Positions 30,715 through 41,306 of a stretch of 64,000 nt of DNA are shown piece by piece. The notes below the pieces were generated by a model. That model did not search any database, was not told the origin of the DNA, and saw only the letters and a program-made list of their open reading frames with translations. Position numbers and translations under genes: made by a program. Position 1 is the first letter of the stretch. Each line of letters begins with the position of its first letter. This DNA is from Ignavibacteriota bacterium (GTDB lineage: Bacteria; Bacteroidota; Ignavibacteria; Palsa-1295), in assembly GCA_963787835.1 (NCBI GenBank), contig CAWBEI010000004.1, forward strand, positions 96,001 through 160,000. The letters are read 5' to 3'.

Positions 30715-31794
30715 TTGGCTGAACGCTCGATTCTCTTTCTTTTTCTAGGCGATGCGACACGCGATCGCCGCGTGCAAAATTTCGCGCGATATTTTAAAGA
30801 ACAAGGTTGGAATGCGGAGGTTATTGCTATCCAACCGTCTATTTCCCGTGGTCCGCGAAAGTTCTTAGAATACCATCGGCGTATTCGAAAAGCAGTTCGC
30901 GAAAAGAAGGCCGATGTTGTTATGGCCTGCGATCTTTACTCCCTTTCCGCCGCTGCATGGATGAAGCGAACCGGTCGCTCGAAGCAGCTCTTGTATGATG
31001 CGCGGGAGCTTTACACGGAATTGCCTTCAGTCACGCATAAACCTCTTGCTAAATTTGTCTGGAGAACTCTGGAACGGCGGGGGTTGATCCAGACTAATTT
31101 GATTATAGTTACCGCTCCGAATGATGCCAATGCCATCCTGCGCGTTCACAACTTTTTGCCACGACCCGTGCTTGTTCGAAATCTTCCGTGGCTGGAACCC
31201 GAGATCGTATCAGATCGGAGGCTGCTTGATTCGTTCGGCATTCCCGAGGGTGCTAAGACCCTGGTGTATCTCGGAGGTTTGCAGCACGGCAGAGGTTTGA
31301 ATACATTGATCGAGAGCATGAAGGCATTGCCGTATCATCTCTTGTTGATCGGGGACGGAGATATGCGTTATCGGCTTGAAGCGCTTAGTAAGCAACAGAG
31401 TTTATCTTCGAAGGTTCATTTTGCGGGTCCACTTCCATCCGATGAAGCCTTGCGACTTGTTGCGGCCTGTGATGCGGGCATTTCACTTGTCGAACCATTA
31501 TCGCCGAGCTATGAACTTGCGTTGCCCAGTAAGTTTTTTGAGTACATGATGTGCGGCATTCCCATTGTATCCAGCCGCGTATCGCAGGTGCTCGATCTTT
31601 TTCGGAATGAGGAATGGGTTACGTACGTCGATGAAGGCGATACAAATTCGATTGCTGCTGGAATCCCAAAAGCACTTATCACTTCTGAAAAACCAGATGT
31701 TCGAGAGCGAGAGAGGTCGCTTGCACAATCTGAATATCATTTCGAACACGATGCAAAGACACTTTTTGCTTCAGTAGAAACATTGCTTCCCTAA
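30715..31794 (+). CDS. GT4 glycosyltransferase
   Basis: DRRV, LYDARE, YLGGLQHGRG, LPSKFFEYMMCGIPIV. Confidence 0.9.
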   Translation: MAERSILFLFLGDATRDRRVQNFARYFKEQGWNAEVIAIQPSISRGPRKFLEYHRRIRKAVREKKADVVMACDLYSLSAAAWMKRTGRSKQLLYDARELYTELPSVTHKPLAKFVWRTLERRGLIQTNLIIVTAPNDANAILRVHNFLPRPVLVRNLPWLEPEIVSDRRLLDSFGIPEGAKTLVYLGGLQHGRGLNTLIESMKALPYHLLLIGDGDMRYRLEALSKQQSLSSKVHFAGPLPSDEALRLVAACDAGISLVEPLSPSYELALPSKFFEYMMCGIPIVSSRVSQVLDLFRNEEWVTYVDEGDTNSIAAGIPKALITSEKPDVRERERSLAQSEYHFEHDAKTLFASVETLLP

Positions 31795-31805
31795 GATCGT
31801 GAGAG

Positions 31806-32780
31806 CTACCGCTTCCCTGCGTCTCTTCGATCGGCGCTCCAAAATAATTTCGTTCTCAGGAGATCGAAATAGGATCGTTCCTTTCTGCGAAGCAAATGCA
31901 GCCGATTTGGAGCAGCGCTGATGACCACTTCCGCCGGCGTTGTAACGACGATCTGTTCCTGACCATCGGCCACAACGAGTACCTGATGTGTTTCTTCGGT
32001 CAATGAGCGGAAGCGCATTACGGCATCCTGCGGTACAATAATGGGCCGGACATTCAGCGAATGCGGAGCGATAGCTGTGATAAGCATGACCTGACTTGTC
32101 GGCTCAACAATTGGTCCGCCTGCGCTGACAGCGTAGCCTGTAGAACCGGTTGGAGTAGAAACCATCATGCCATCGGCCCGAATAACACCCACCAAAGCAC
32201 CCGGATGATCGCTCATGCTTCCCACATATACTTCAAGAGTAAGCATACGTGTCGAGCCATAATTATCGATCACGACTTCATTCAACGCATCAAGCGTTAC
32301 CTGTGGGGCCGACATTCCGCTTCTGGATGGTTCCAGATTATCTTGCTTGACAAGCACGGGTTCTCCCGAATCGCTTTTGACGCTTGCATGGAGCATGAGC
32401 CGTTCTTCAACCACCAGCGATCCGCTTGCAAGATCATCAATAAGGGCATCGATCTCTTCCGGTGGGTGCTCGGAAAGAAATCCCAGTTTTCCGGCGTTCA
32501 CGCCGATCAGGCGTGTAGCGGGGTTTGCGCGAGCAATAGCGCGTGCGGCCAGCAGCATCGTCCCATCGCCGCCAATGGATACGATGACGTCGCTTGCTTT
32601 TGCTAACTCGATCAGTGAAGGGGCAACCTTAGAATCTTTAGGCTGTTCCAGTGATGCCATCTTCTCGGTAAGGATGAGCGTTGCATCGGGAAATTTCTTG
32701 GATAGTTTAGCAAGAACATGCGAAAGCGTCTCGCGAACCGAAGCGAGATTTTCGTGTCCAATGATGCCAATGGTATTCAT
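31806..32780 (-). CDS. nadK: NAD+ kinase
   Basis: GGDGT, GKLGFL, ALNE, DGMMVSTPTGSTGY. Confidence 0.95.
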   Translation of the reverse strand: MNTIGIIGHENLASVRETLSHVLAKLSKKFPDATLILTEKMASLEQPKDSKVAPSLIELAKASDVIVSIGGDGTMLLAARAIARANPATRLIGVNAGKLGFLSEHPPEEIDALIDDLASGSLVVEERLMLHASVKSDSGEPVLVKQDNLEPSRSGMSAPQVTLDALNEVVIDNYGSTRMLTLEVYVGSMSDHPGALVGVIRADGMMVSTPTGSTGYAVSAGGPIVEPTSQVMLITAIAPHSLNVRPIIVPQDAVMRFRSLTEETHQVLVVADGQEQIVVTTPAEVVISAAPNRLHLLRRKERSYFDLLRTKLFWSADRRDAGKR

Positions 32781-33709
32781 GCGGGTCGCAAACTTAAGTT
32801 TGCGCTACATTGCCGCTGCGCCGCTGTCATTGTGTTTCTTAGCACCATCGCAATGGTCATTGGTCCGATGCCTCCGGGAACTGGCGTGATCGCGCTGGCT
32901 TTCATTTTTACATGGTCATAATCGACATCGCCGACAAGGCGTGAGCCGGATTTCCGTGTCTTGTCCTCAATGCGATTGATGCCTACATCGACGACGACCG
33001 CACCTTCGCGAACCATATCGGCTGTTATCGCAAGTGGAACTCCCATTGCCGCGATGAGAATATCCGCTTGCCGGGTGATCTCCCCAAGCCGTGCGCCGGC
33101 ACCGGTGTGGGCGATCGTTGCAACAGCATTGGCTTTGGAATTTTTCTGGGCGAGCAATAGTGCAAGCGGCTTGCCTACTAAATTCGAGCGCCCGACGACC
33201 ACCGCGTGCTTGCCAGGAACTTCCACGCCGGTTCGTGCGAGCAATTCGATGACTCCAGATGGGGTGCAAGGCGCGAAGTAATCGCCTTTGCCGATCGAGA
33301 GCCTTCCGGCATTCAGCGGGTTGAACCCATCGACATCTTTTTCTGGCGCGATCAGTTCGATCACACGCTCTTCGCGCATCTGCTTTGGTAATGGGAACTG
33401 CACAAGCAGGCCGTGCGTGGATGGATCCTCATTCGTCTGACGGATAAATTCAAGCAGCACTTCTTCTTCGGCGTTCGAGGGAAGAAGTATCGTCTCATGA
33501 GAAAAACCGGCTTCCTCGGCGGCGATACCCTTGTTGCGCACATAGACTTCGCTTGCGGGATCCTCACCTACGAGGATGAAGACGATGCGCGGACGAATCC
33601 CCTGCGATTCTAAAAATTGCGCGGCCTCGATGCGGACTTCCTCGCGAATTTCAGCAGCAACTTTCTTCCCATCGAGGATTCGGGCTTCAGCCATTGATTG
33701 TTTCTCCAT
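32777..33709 (-). CDS. folD: Bifunctional methylene-THF dehydrogenase/cyclohydrolase
   Basis: YVRNK, KDVDG, PCTP, GRSNLVGKP, TPVPGGIGPMT; alternative start at 33694. Confidence 0.97.
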   Translation of the reverse strand: MEKQSMAEARILDGKKVAAEIREEVRIEAAQFLESQGIRPRIVFILVGEDPASEVYVRNKGIAAEEAGFSHETILLPSNAEEEVLLEFIRQTNEDPSTHGLLVQFPLPKQMREERVIELIAPEKDVDGFNPLNAGRLSIGKGDYFAPCTPSGVIELLARTGVEVPGKHAVVVGRSNLVGKPLALLLAQKNSKANAVATIAHTGAGARLGEITRQADILIAAMGVPLAITADMVREGAVVVDVGINRIEDKTRKSGSRLVGDVDYDHVKMKASAITPVPGGIGPMTIAMVLRNTMTAAQRQCSANLSLRPA

Positions 33710-34601
33710 TTAACACCCCTTCGGATGCAGCGACGAGCGTATCGTTCTCGATCTCTTCGATCTCGGGAGGCGCTTCGGGGGCTCGAGTGCGCTCAAAATT
33801 TGGATACATAAATGGTTCGATGTCCAATGCGGAACCTGTGGCAACATCGATCGTAAGGCTAACGCCGGCGATACGAATGCTCTCAGTGGCAATTTCGTAT
33901 TTGTATGGGGTCTGGTGCAGGAATCGCTTCACGGCGACATCTATCTTCATTCCGATCACGCTTTCATAAGGCCCGCTCATGCCAACATCGGTGATATACG
34001 CGGTCCCTCCGGGAAGGATCTGCGCATCGGCGGTCTGCACGTGGGTATGGGTTCCAAGCACGGCGCTTACTTTGCCATCGAGGTATCGGCCCATCGTTTG
34101 CTTTTCGGCGGTAGCTTCAGCGTGCATATCTACGATGATAATGCGCGCTCGCTCGCCGACTTTATCTAATGCCCAATGCGACACGCGGAACGGGCAGTCG
34201 ATGGTCTGCATGTACGTGCGGCCTTGCAAATTCACCACGCCGACGGCAATGCCGCTCTTTGTTTCGCCTACGGCATAGCCTGAGCCGGCATTTTCGCGCG
34301 GGTAATTTGCGGGGCGCAAGACGCGGCGATCTTCCGCCATCAACCCACGGGCATCCCAGCGATCCCAGACGTGGTTGCCGGTCGTGATAACTTTCGCGCC
34401 GGCCGCGAAGATCTCATTCGCCTGCTTTTTCGTGAGGGATTTTCCTTCAGCGACGTTCTCGCCATTGACGATAATAAAATCCGACGAATATTTTTGGGCA
34501 AGCGTTGGAAGCATCTTCGTCACCATGGCGAGGGCGCCTGTGCCGACGACATCGCCAATGAAGAGAACCCGAACAGTAGAGGATTGTGTGGTTTCTGGCA
34601 T
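33687..34601 (-). CDS. ymdB: YmdB/TIGR00282 metallophosphoesterase
   Basis: FIGDVVG, NGEN, TGNH, DMHAEATAEK, GTHTHV, TDVGM; start taken at ATG 34601. Confidence 0.93.
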   Translation of the reverse strand: MPETTQSSTVRVLFIGDVVGTGALAMVTKMLPTLAQKYSSDFIIVNGENVAEGKSLTKKQANEIFAAGAKVITTGNHVWDRWDARGLMAEDRRVLRPANYPRENAGSGYAVGETKSGIAVGVVNLQGRTYMQTIDCPFRVSHWALDKVGERARIIIVDMHAEATAEKQTMGRYLDGKVSAVLGTHTHVQTADAQILPGGTAYITDVGMSGPYESVIGMKIDVAVKRFLHQTPYKYEIATESIRIAGVSLTIDVATGSALDIEPFMYPNFERTRAPEAPPEIEEIENDTLVAASEGVLNGETING

Positions 34602-34734
34602 AGAAACACTAAACAGAATCCACGGCGGGTTCGTCCCGCGTTCAGGGAAAGCAGAATGGAGCGGCATGTTCTGAGACACGATAAAGCGTACCCTTGTTGT
34701 TGTGTGCCGGAAAGACAGCTATTTTTTATTTTTG

Positions 34735-35979
34735 ATGGCTTACGAACTCTGGATCGCCCGCCGGTATGCGTTCTCGAAACGGCGTGAAAACTTCATTACG
34801 ATTATCAGCATTCTTTCTATCGTCGGGCTGGCGGTGGGAACGGCGGCGCTCGTGATCGTCCTTTCTGTATTCAACGGATTTTCTTCCGTGGTGACGAACA
34901 TATACGTCAGTTTCGATCCACATGTTCGCATTTCTGCGATCGCAGACACCACGAAGGGCGATGGAGGTCCGGCTCTTATCACGAACGCCGACAGTATTAT
35001 TCGAATCGTGCGTAGAGTTCCAGAAGCGCGAGGCGTGGCGGCAGCGATCCACGGGAAGGCGGTGCTCGTGCATTATACACTACCGAAAGTGATCGATCTC
35101 ACCGGTATTTCTGCCGACGATGCAAAGGCTGTTTCGGGAATTGGGCATAGCATTGTCGCAGGAAGTCTTCAGCTTGATTCTGGCAGTATGGTCGTTGGGC
35201 AACTTTTGGCGAACGAGTTGGCGCTGCAAATTGGGGACAGCCTCGAGATCTATAGTCCATCGGGATTGGAGCGTATTCTTACAGAGCCGGTTACACCACG
35301 TATGCGAACGCTGTTCGTCCGCGGGATCTTTGCCGCCAACAACCGCGACTACGATGCCACCAATGCGTACGTAAGCCCGGATGTAGCGCGGGATCTGTTC
35401 GAGATCCCTGCACATGCCGCAACTACGATTGACGTACGATCAGCCGATGTGCAGTACGCGAACGAGCTAAAAGAGAAGATCGGAAAGGCGGTCGGTGGAA
35501 CCTATAACGTGCAGTCCTGGTACGACTTGCATACGGAACTCTATTCCGTGATGCAGATCGAGCGGTGGGTGGCGTATATCATTTTATTCCTTATTGTGGG
35601 CGTTGCGGCATTCAGCATTTTTAGCTCGCTCACGCTGACCGTCTTCGAAAAACAACGGGACATTGGGCTGTTGCGCGCACTCGGAAGCCCGATCAGTGGT
35701 ATTCGCAAGATCTATTGGATGCAAGGAACGCTCGTCGGCCTTATCGGCACCATTTCCGGATGCACCATTGGATTGATAGTGGTAGTGTTGCAGCAGAAGT
35801 TCGGGTTTTTCCCGCTCGACTCTACGGTTTATATCATTAGCGCGCTACCGGTCGAACTGCGATGGGAAGATTTCGTCTCCGTCGGCATTGGGTCGATGGC
35901 TCTGACGATGCTGTGCTCACTCATTCCATCCCGCCGTGCCGCCGAGGTCGATCCTGCCATTGCGTTGAGATGGGAATAA
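34735..35979 (+). CDS. LolC/E-family ABC permease
   Basis: IARRY...FITIIS...GTAALVIVLSVFNGF; EKQRDIGLLRALG; PSRRAA...ALR. Confidence 0.9.
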   Translation: MAYELWIARRYAFSKRRENFITIISILSIVGLAVGTAALVIVLSVFNGFSSVVTNIYVSFDPHVRISAIADTTKGDGGPALITNADSIIRIVRRVPEARGVAAAIHGKAVLVHYTLPKVIDLTGISADDAKAVSGIGHSIVAGSLQLDSGSMVVGQLLANELALQIGDSLEIYSPSGLERILTEPVTPRMRTLFVRGIFAANNRDYDATNAYVSPDVARDLFEIPAHAATTIDVRSADVQYANELKEKIGKAVGGTYNVQSWYDLHTELYSVMQIERWVAYIILFLIVGVAAFSIFSSLTLTVFEKQRDIGLLRALGSPISGIRKIYWMQGTLVGLIGTISGCTIGLIVVVLQQKFGFFPLDSTVYIISALPVELRWEDFVSVGIGSMALTMLCSLIPSRRAAEVDPAIALRWE

Positions 35980-36064
35980 AAGGAAGTTGGCACAATTTTT
36001 CCGTTTTCATCGTATATTGTAATCTAAATGATAGGCACCTATTCTGCCGTCTCAGGCCGCGCAC

Positions 36065-37666
36065 ATGAATAAACTGTATTTCGGTGATAATCTCGATATT
36101 CTCCGCGAGCACATTGCGGATGAATCGGTTGATCTTATCTATCTCGATCCGCCGTTCAATTCCAAGCGCGATTATTCCGTGCTCTTTAAAACCCCGAAGG
36201 GACACGAAAGCGACGCGCAGATCACCGCATTTGAAGATAGCTGGCATTGGGGCGAACAGGCCGAGCGTGAGTTCTCCGAACTCGAGCAAAGCCAGCATAC
36301 CGATGTCGCCGAGATGATGATCGCGCTCCGAAAGTTCCTCGGCACCAACGACATGATGGCCTATCTCACTATGATGGCCAACCGGCTGCTCGAACTACAC
36401 CGCGTGCTAAAACCCACAGGCTCGCTCTATCTCCATTGTGACCCGACTGCAAGCCATTATTTGAAGGTTATTTTGGATGGAGTTTTTGGACATGGAAATT
36501 TTAGAAATGAAATTTCATGGAGGCGGTCAAATCCAAAGAGTCAGAGCTCCGTGAATTTTCCCAACTGTCGCGACATCATTTTAAGATACTCGAAAGGAGA
36601 ACATCCTATATTTCATATGATGTATGGAGAACATGATTTAGGTTATGTTGATAAAGCTTATCGTTACAAGGATGAACGAGGACGCTACAGGCTGCTCCCG
36701 CTCCTGAATCCTAACAAGGATCGACCCAATCTTACCTACGATTTCCTTGGAATCCATAGGGTATGGCGATGGACGCGTGATAGGATGCAAAAGGCTTACG
36801 ATGAGGGTCTTGTAGTGCAACTCAAACCGGGAGCTGTTCCGCAATATAAACTATATCTTGAAGATTCGAAGGGCCGAACAATTTCTAACGACTGGAATGA
36901 CGTAGATCAGGCTGCGGGAAATGAATCATTAGGTTATCCGACGCAAAAACCGCTCGCGCTGCTTGAAAGAATTATCGAAGCATCGTCTGACGAGGGCGAT
37001 GTGGTGCTCGATCCGTTTTGCGGATGCGGGACAGCGGTGCATGCCGCAGAGAAGCTCGGACGGCAGTGGATTGGCATCGACATCACGCACCTCGCCATTT
37101 CGCTCATCGAAAAACGGCTGAAGGATGCGTTCCCGGGAATTAAATTCGAGATCGAGGGCACGCCGAAAGATGTGGATGGCGCGCGCGACCTGGCCGAACG
37201 CGATAAATATCAGTTCCAGTGGTGGGCCTGTTCCTTAGTGAACGCCGCGCCGTATCAGGGCAAGAAAAAAGGTGCCGACTCCGGCATTGACGGACTCATC
37301 TTTTTCCACGACGATAAATCCGGCGCGAAGAAGATCGTGGTATCGGTCAAGGGCGGCGAGAATGTGAACGTAGCGATGGTGCGCGATCTCGGCCACGTGG
37401 TCGATCGCGAAAAAGCCTCGATGGGATTTTTTGTCACACTGGCCGAACCGACGCGACCGATGCGCGAGGAAGCAGTCTCCGCCGGTTTCTACGACGCGCC
37501 CCGCTTCGGCTCCGAATACCCGAAGCTGCAAATCCTCACCATCGAAGGACTCATGAACGGCACCGAACGGCCCCGGTTCCCTGATTTATCTTTGGGGGGG
37601 GCCACGTTCAAAAGGGCGGAAAAGGATGAGCGTGTGACAAAACAGCACCGTTTGTTTAATGAGTGA
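36065..37666 (+). CDS. Beta-class N6A/N4C DNA methyltransferase fused to a C-terminal Mrr-like domain
   Basis: Motif IV DPPF precedes the TRD and motif I (LDPFCGCGT); YPTQKP; C-terminal GADSGIDG...VSVKGG. Confidence 0.92.
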   Translation: MNKLYFGDNLDILREHIADESVDLIYLDPPFNSKRDYSVLFKTPKGHESDAQITAFEDSWHWGEQAEREFSELEQSQHTDVAEMMIALRKFLGTNDMMAYLTMMANRLLELHRVLKPTGSLYLHCDPTASHYLKVILDGVFGHGNFRNEISWRRSNPKSQSSVNFPNCRDIILRYSKGEHPIFHMMYGEHDLGYVDKAYRYKDERGRYRLLPLLNPNKDRPNLTYDFLGIHRVWRWTRDRMQKAYDEGLVVQLKPGAVPQYKLYLEDSKGRTISNDWNDVDQAAGNESLGYPTQKPLALLERIIEASSDEGDVVLDPFCGCGTAVHAAEKLGRQWIGIDITHLAISLIEKRLKDAFPGIKFEIEGTPKDVDGARDLAERDKYQFQWWACSLVNAAPYQGKKKGADSGIDGLIFFHDDKSGAKKIVVSVKGGENVNVAMVRDLGHVVDREKASMGFFVTLAEPTRPMREEAVSAGFYDAPRFGSEYPKLQILTIEGLMNGTERPRFPDLSLGGATFKRAEKDERVTKQHRLFNE

Positions 37667-38678
37667 GGAACAATTCTTTATTGCCGAAGGTGGAAACCTT
37701 CTTCTTAATAGGCTTACAGAAGCTATCGTTTCTGCCCGCCCTACAAGTCTCTCGATTGCGTCCGCATTCGTCACATTCGGAGGTGTTTACGAGCTAGATC
37801 AGCTCGCGCAGAAGGCTTCTATAAGAGATGTTAGGCTAGTGGCAGGAACGGACTTCTGTATCACTCAACCGGAAGCACTAAGAGACTCTATTGATAAGGG
37901 ATGGAACCTACGCATTGCCCAGCCGCGCAATGGAATTTTCCACCCTAAGGTGATTATTGCCTCCAGCGAGAAAGAAGGCACTTTAGAACCGAATGGCATA
38001 CTTTATGTTGGCTCAGCTAACTTAACGGGGCGGGGGCTTCGTGAAAACATAGAAAGTTGCTGGATGGGTAACAGGAATATCGAACAACCAATTATCGAGT
38101 TCAATCGAATTTGGGAAACTTCGCGTGAGTTTTCCGAGGAGTTTTTTGAGGACTATTCAAAACTGTTTGCGAAGGCGAATGCATCTCGTTCAGCTGAAAC
38201 AAGAGATGCGCTTCAAGGTGTATTATCAAGCACAAGCGGTGAAGAAAAAAGGACAGTCATAAGCCATACCTATGCAACAGCCGCTTGGGCCGAATTGAAA
38301 AGTTTTACAGGTGGGTACGTGCTTCAAGTGGAATTTCCTCGGGATGTTGCAGAGGTTGTACGAGGATTCGTACATGGAAGGCTGAGCAATGATGATCGCG
38401 TCCAAATCAACTGTGCAGATGGCGATATTAGGAACCTAATGCTAAAATTTTATGAGGCTAATTCAATGTACCGCCTCAATATTCCTAAAAGCGTTCCTAA
38501 TGTAAAGAGCGCGATAGAAACTCATTCAGGGATTGCACTGCTAACCAATCTCGGTCCACAAGAACCGCTGCAACTGAAGATTGTTACAATGCCCGACGAA
38601 ATGGAAACAATAGTATCTCGTTCGGAAGCTCTTCATTCGATTTATACGACAACCACTAGACGCTATGGATGGTACTAA
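37659..38678 (+). CDS. Phospholipase D-family nuclease (single HxK motif) with uncharacterised C-terminal domain; putative restriction endonuclease
   Basis: IASAF, FHPKV, GSANLT...NIE; 8-nt overlap with the MTase stop. Confidence 0.78.
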   Translation: MSEEQFFIAEGGNLLLNRLTEAIVSARPTSLSIASAFVTFGGVYELDQLAQKASIRDVRLVAGTDFCITQPEALRDSIDKGWNLRIAQPRNGIFHPKVIIASSEKEGTLEPNGILYVGSANLTGRGLRENIESCWMGNRNIEQPIIEFNRIWETSREFSEEFFEDYSKLFAKANASRSAETRDALQGVLSSTSGEEKRTVISHTYATAAWAELKSFTGGYVLQVEFPRDVAEVVRGFVHGRLSNDDRVQINCADGDIRNLMLKFYEANSMYRLNIPKSVPNVKSAIETHSGIALLTNLGPQEPLQLKIVTMPDEMETIVSRSEALHSIYTTTTRRYGWY

Positions 38679-38772
38679 CTGTCTAGGTTTCTGCGCCGTA
38701 TGTTATCTGCACCCTACTGCATAGCGTTTCGAAGTCTGAACCAGCTCCTACTAGCACTTTGTTCATATATCA

Positions 38773-39429
38773 ATGGCACTAAACTCGGTATACCGGCGAA
38801 GAATGATCCAAATTTTGGATAACTCTGTGCTAACGTCCGGTAATTTTGATTACGATTTCTCACAAGATGGTGACGGGGTAGTATTGATAGTTTGTAAGCA
38901 TAACGAGCTTTACTACTTCTCGGCTAATTCCCGATTTCAAATCTCATGCGCTCCTAGCGAAGTCTTCGATAAGCAAGAAACGAATCTAAATAACATCGAA
39001 CAAGTTTTGGATGAATTGAAAAAATGGGTCGAGAGGGTTGAGCGAAACCTCGAGGCAGATGCAGAGCTCTATGGTGATATAGACGACTTTGTCAAAGAGT
39101 CTGAGACTTTTATTGAAGGGCTTCTGGATGCAAAGTTGCCAATCCCTGAAAATGAACAAGAATCGTGGGTTGAAAAACTAAGTACGTTGGAGCAGGAATG
39201 CATTAGAATTCTTGAGCAACAGAAAAAGGGAGCTGAGGCCATCGAACAATTAAGAAAAGACATAGACAACTTGAAAGCGAAGATAGGATCAATGCCAGCT
39301 GGTACTTGGCTACGAAGTGCTGCGGGTCGCTTTCGCAAGATTTATCAAAAAGCCAAAAATAACCCTCAAGCGAAGGCTTTCATGTTATGGGGGGCAGAGA
39401 AGGGAGTTGAAAAATTGCTTGGCATGTAG
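38773..39429 (+). CDS. Hypothetical protein with acidic coiled-coil C-half
   Basis: 218-aa AT-rich ORF co-oriented with the MTase/PLD pair; no family recognised. Confidence 0.75.
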   Translation: MALNSVYRRRMIQILDNSVLTSGNFDYDFSQDGDGVVLIVCKHNELYYFSANSRFQISCAPSEVFDKQETNLNNIEQVLDELKKWVERVERNLEADAELYGDIDDFVKESETFIEGLLDAKLPIPENEQESWVEKLSTLEQECIRILEQQKKGAEAIEQLRKDIDNLKAKIGSMPAGTWLRSAAGRFRKIYQKAKNNPQAKAFMLWGAEKGVEKLLGM

Positions 39430-39625
39430 TCCTCCCGCTTCCCGTCGCGCGGCTTGTGTCGTCCGCCTCCGTGTCTGAACTGGGATTAATGGGACGGGGA
39501 GGATTTTTGGGATGATCGTGCGTAATCCCAACCATCCAAATCATCCTCCTCTATGGGCAATTATGAATTATGAAGTATGAAGTATGAAAGGGGCCCATTT
39601 ATTTTTATTTATTTTCGAGAATCGC

Positions 39626-39654
39626 TTGACTTCCTGGAATTCCAATCGTATATT
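39626..39654 (+). promoter_or_regulatory. Sigma70-type promoter with no convincing downstream CDS
   Basis: TTGACT-N17-TATATT. Confidence 0.55.
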
Positions 39655-39831
39655 AGGTGGTGTGATGATGAGCACCAAGTGTCTATGGGAATTGTGTTTC
39701 GTGTCATGTTCATTGACAATCTGGCAGCCAGCGGTGGTTTTCGTTATGAACGAGTTCTCTGAGAATAGAATTTGTTGCAACAAATGGCGAAAACAGCCTG
39801 GAAACGACAGTTCATCGGGAACTCGAAAGAA

Positions 39832-39864
39832 AGAAAAATGGCACCATGTTCTGGGAGAACATGG
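39832..39864 (-). terminator. Hairpin downstream of tpl, possibly bidirectional
   Basis: CCATGTTCT-GGG-AGAACATGG with an A-rich run on its left, which is a T-tract on the minus strand. Confidence 0.55.
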
Positions 39865-39873
39865 ATTTGATAC

Positions 39874-41268
<1,395 letters not shown>

Positions 41269-41306
41269 TTAAAAAATGATGACGATAAATTATTGCTTAA
41301 GCAATA

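Noticed and set aside
35988-36003. Sigma54 promoter upstream of the MTase
   Set aside because: TGGCAC is present but the -12 position reads CC and no GTAAG-N5-CTTAC site was seen.
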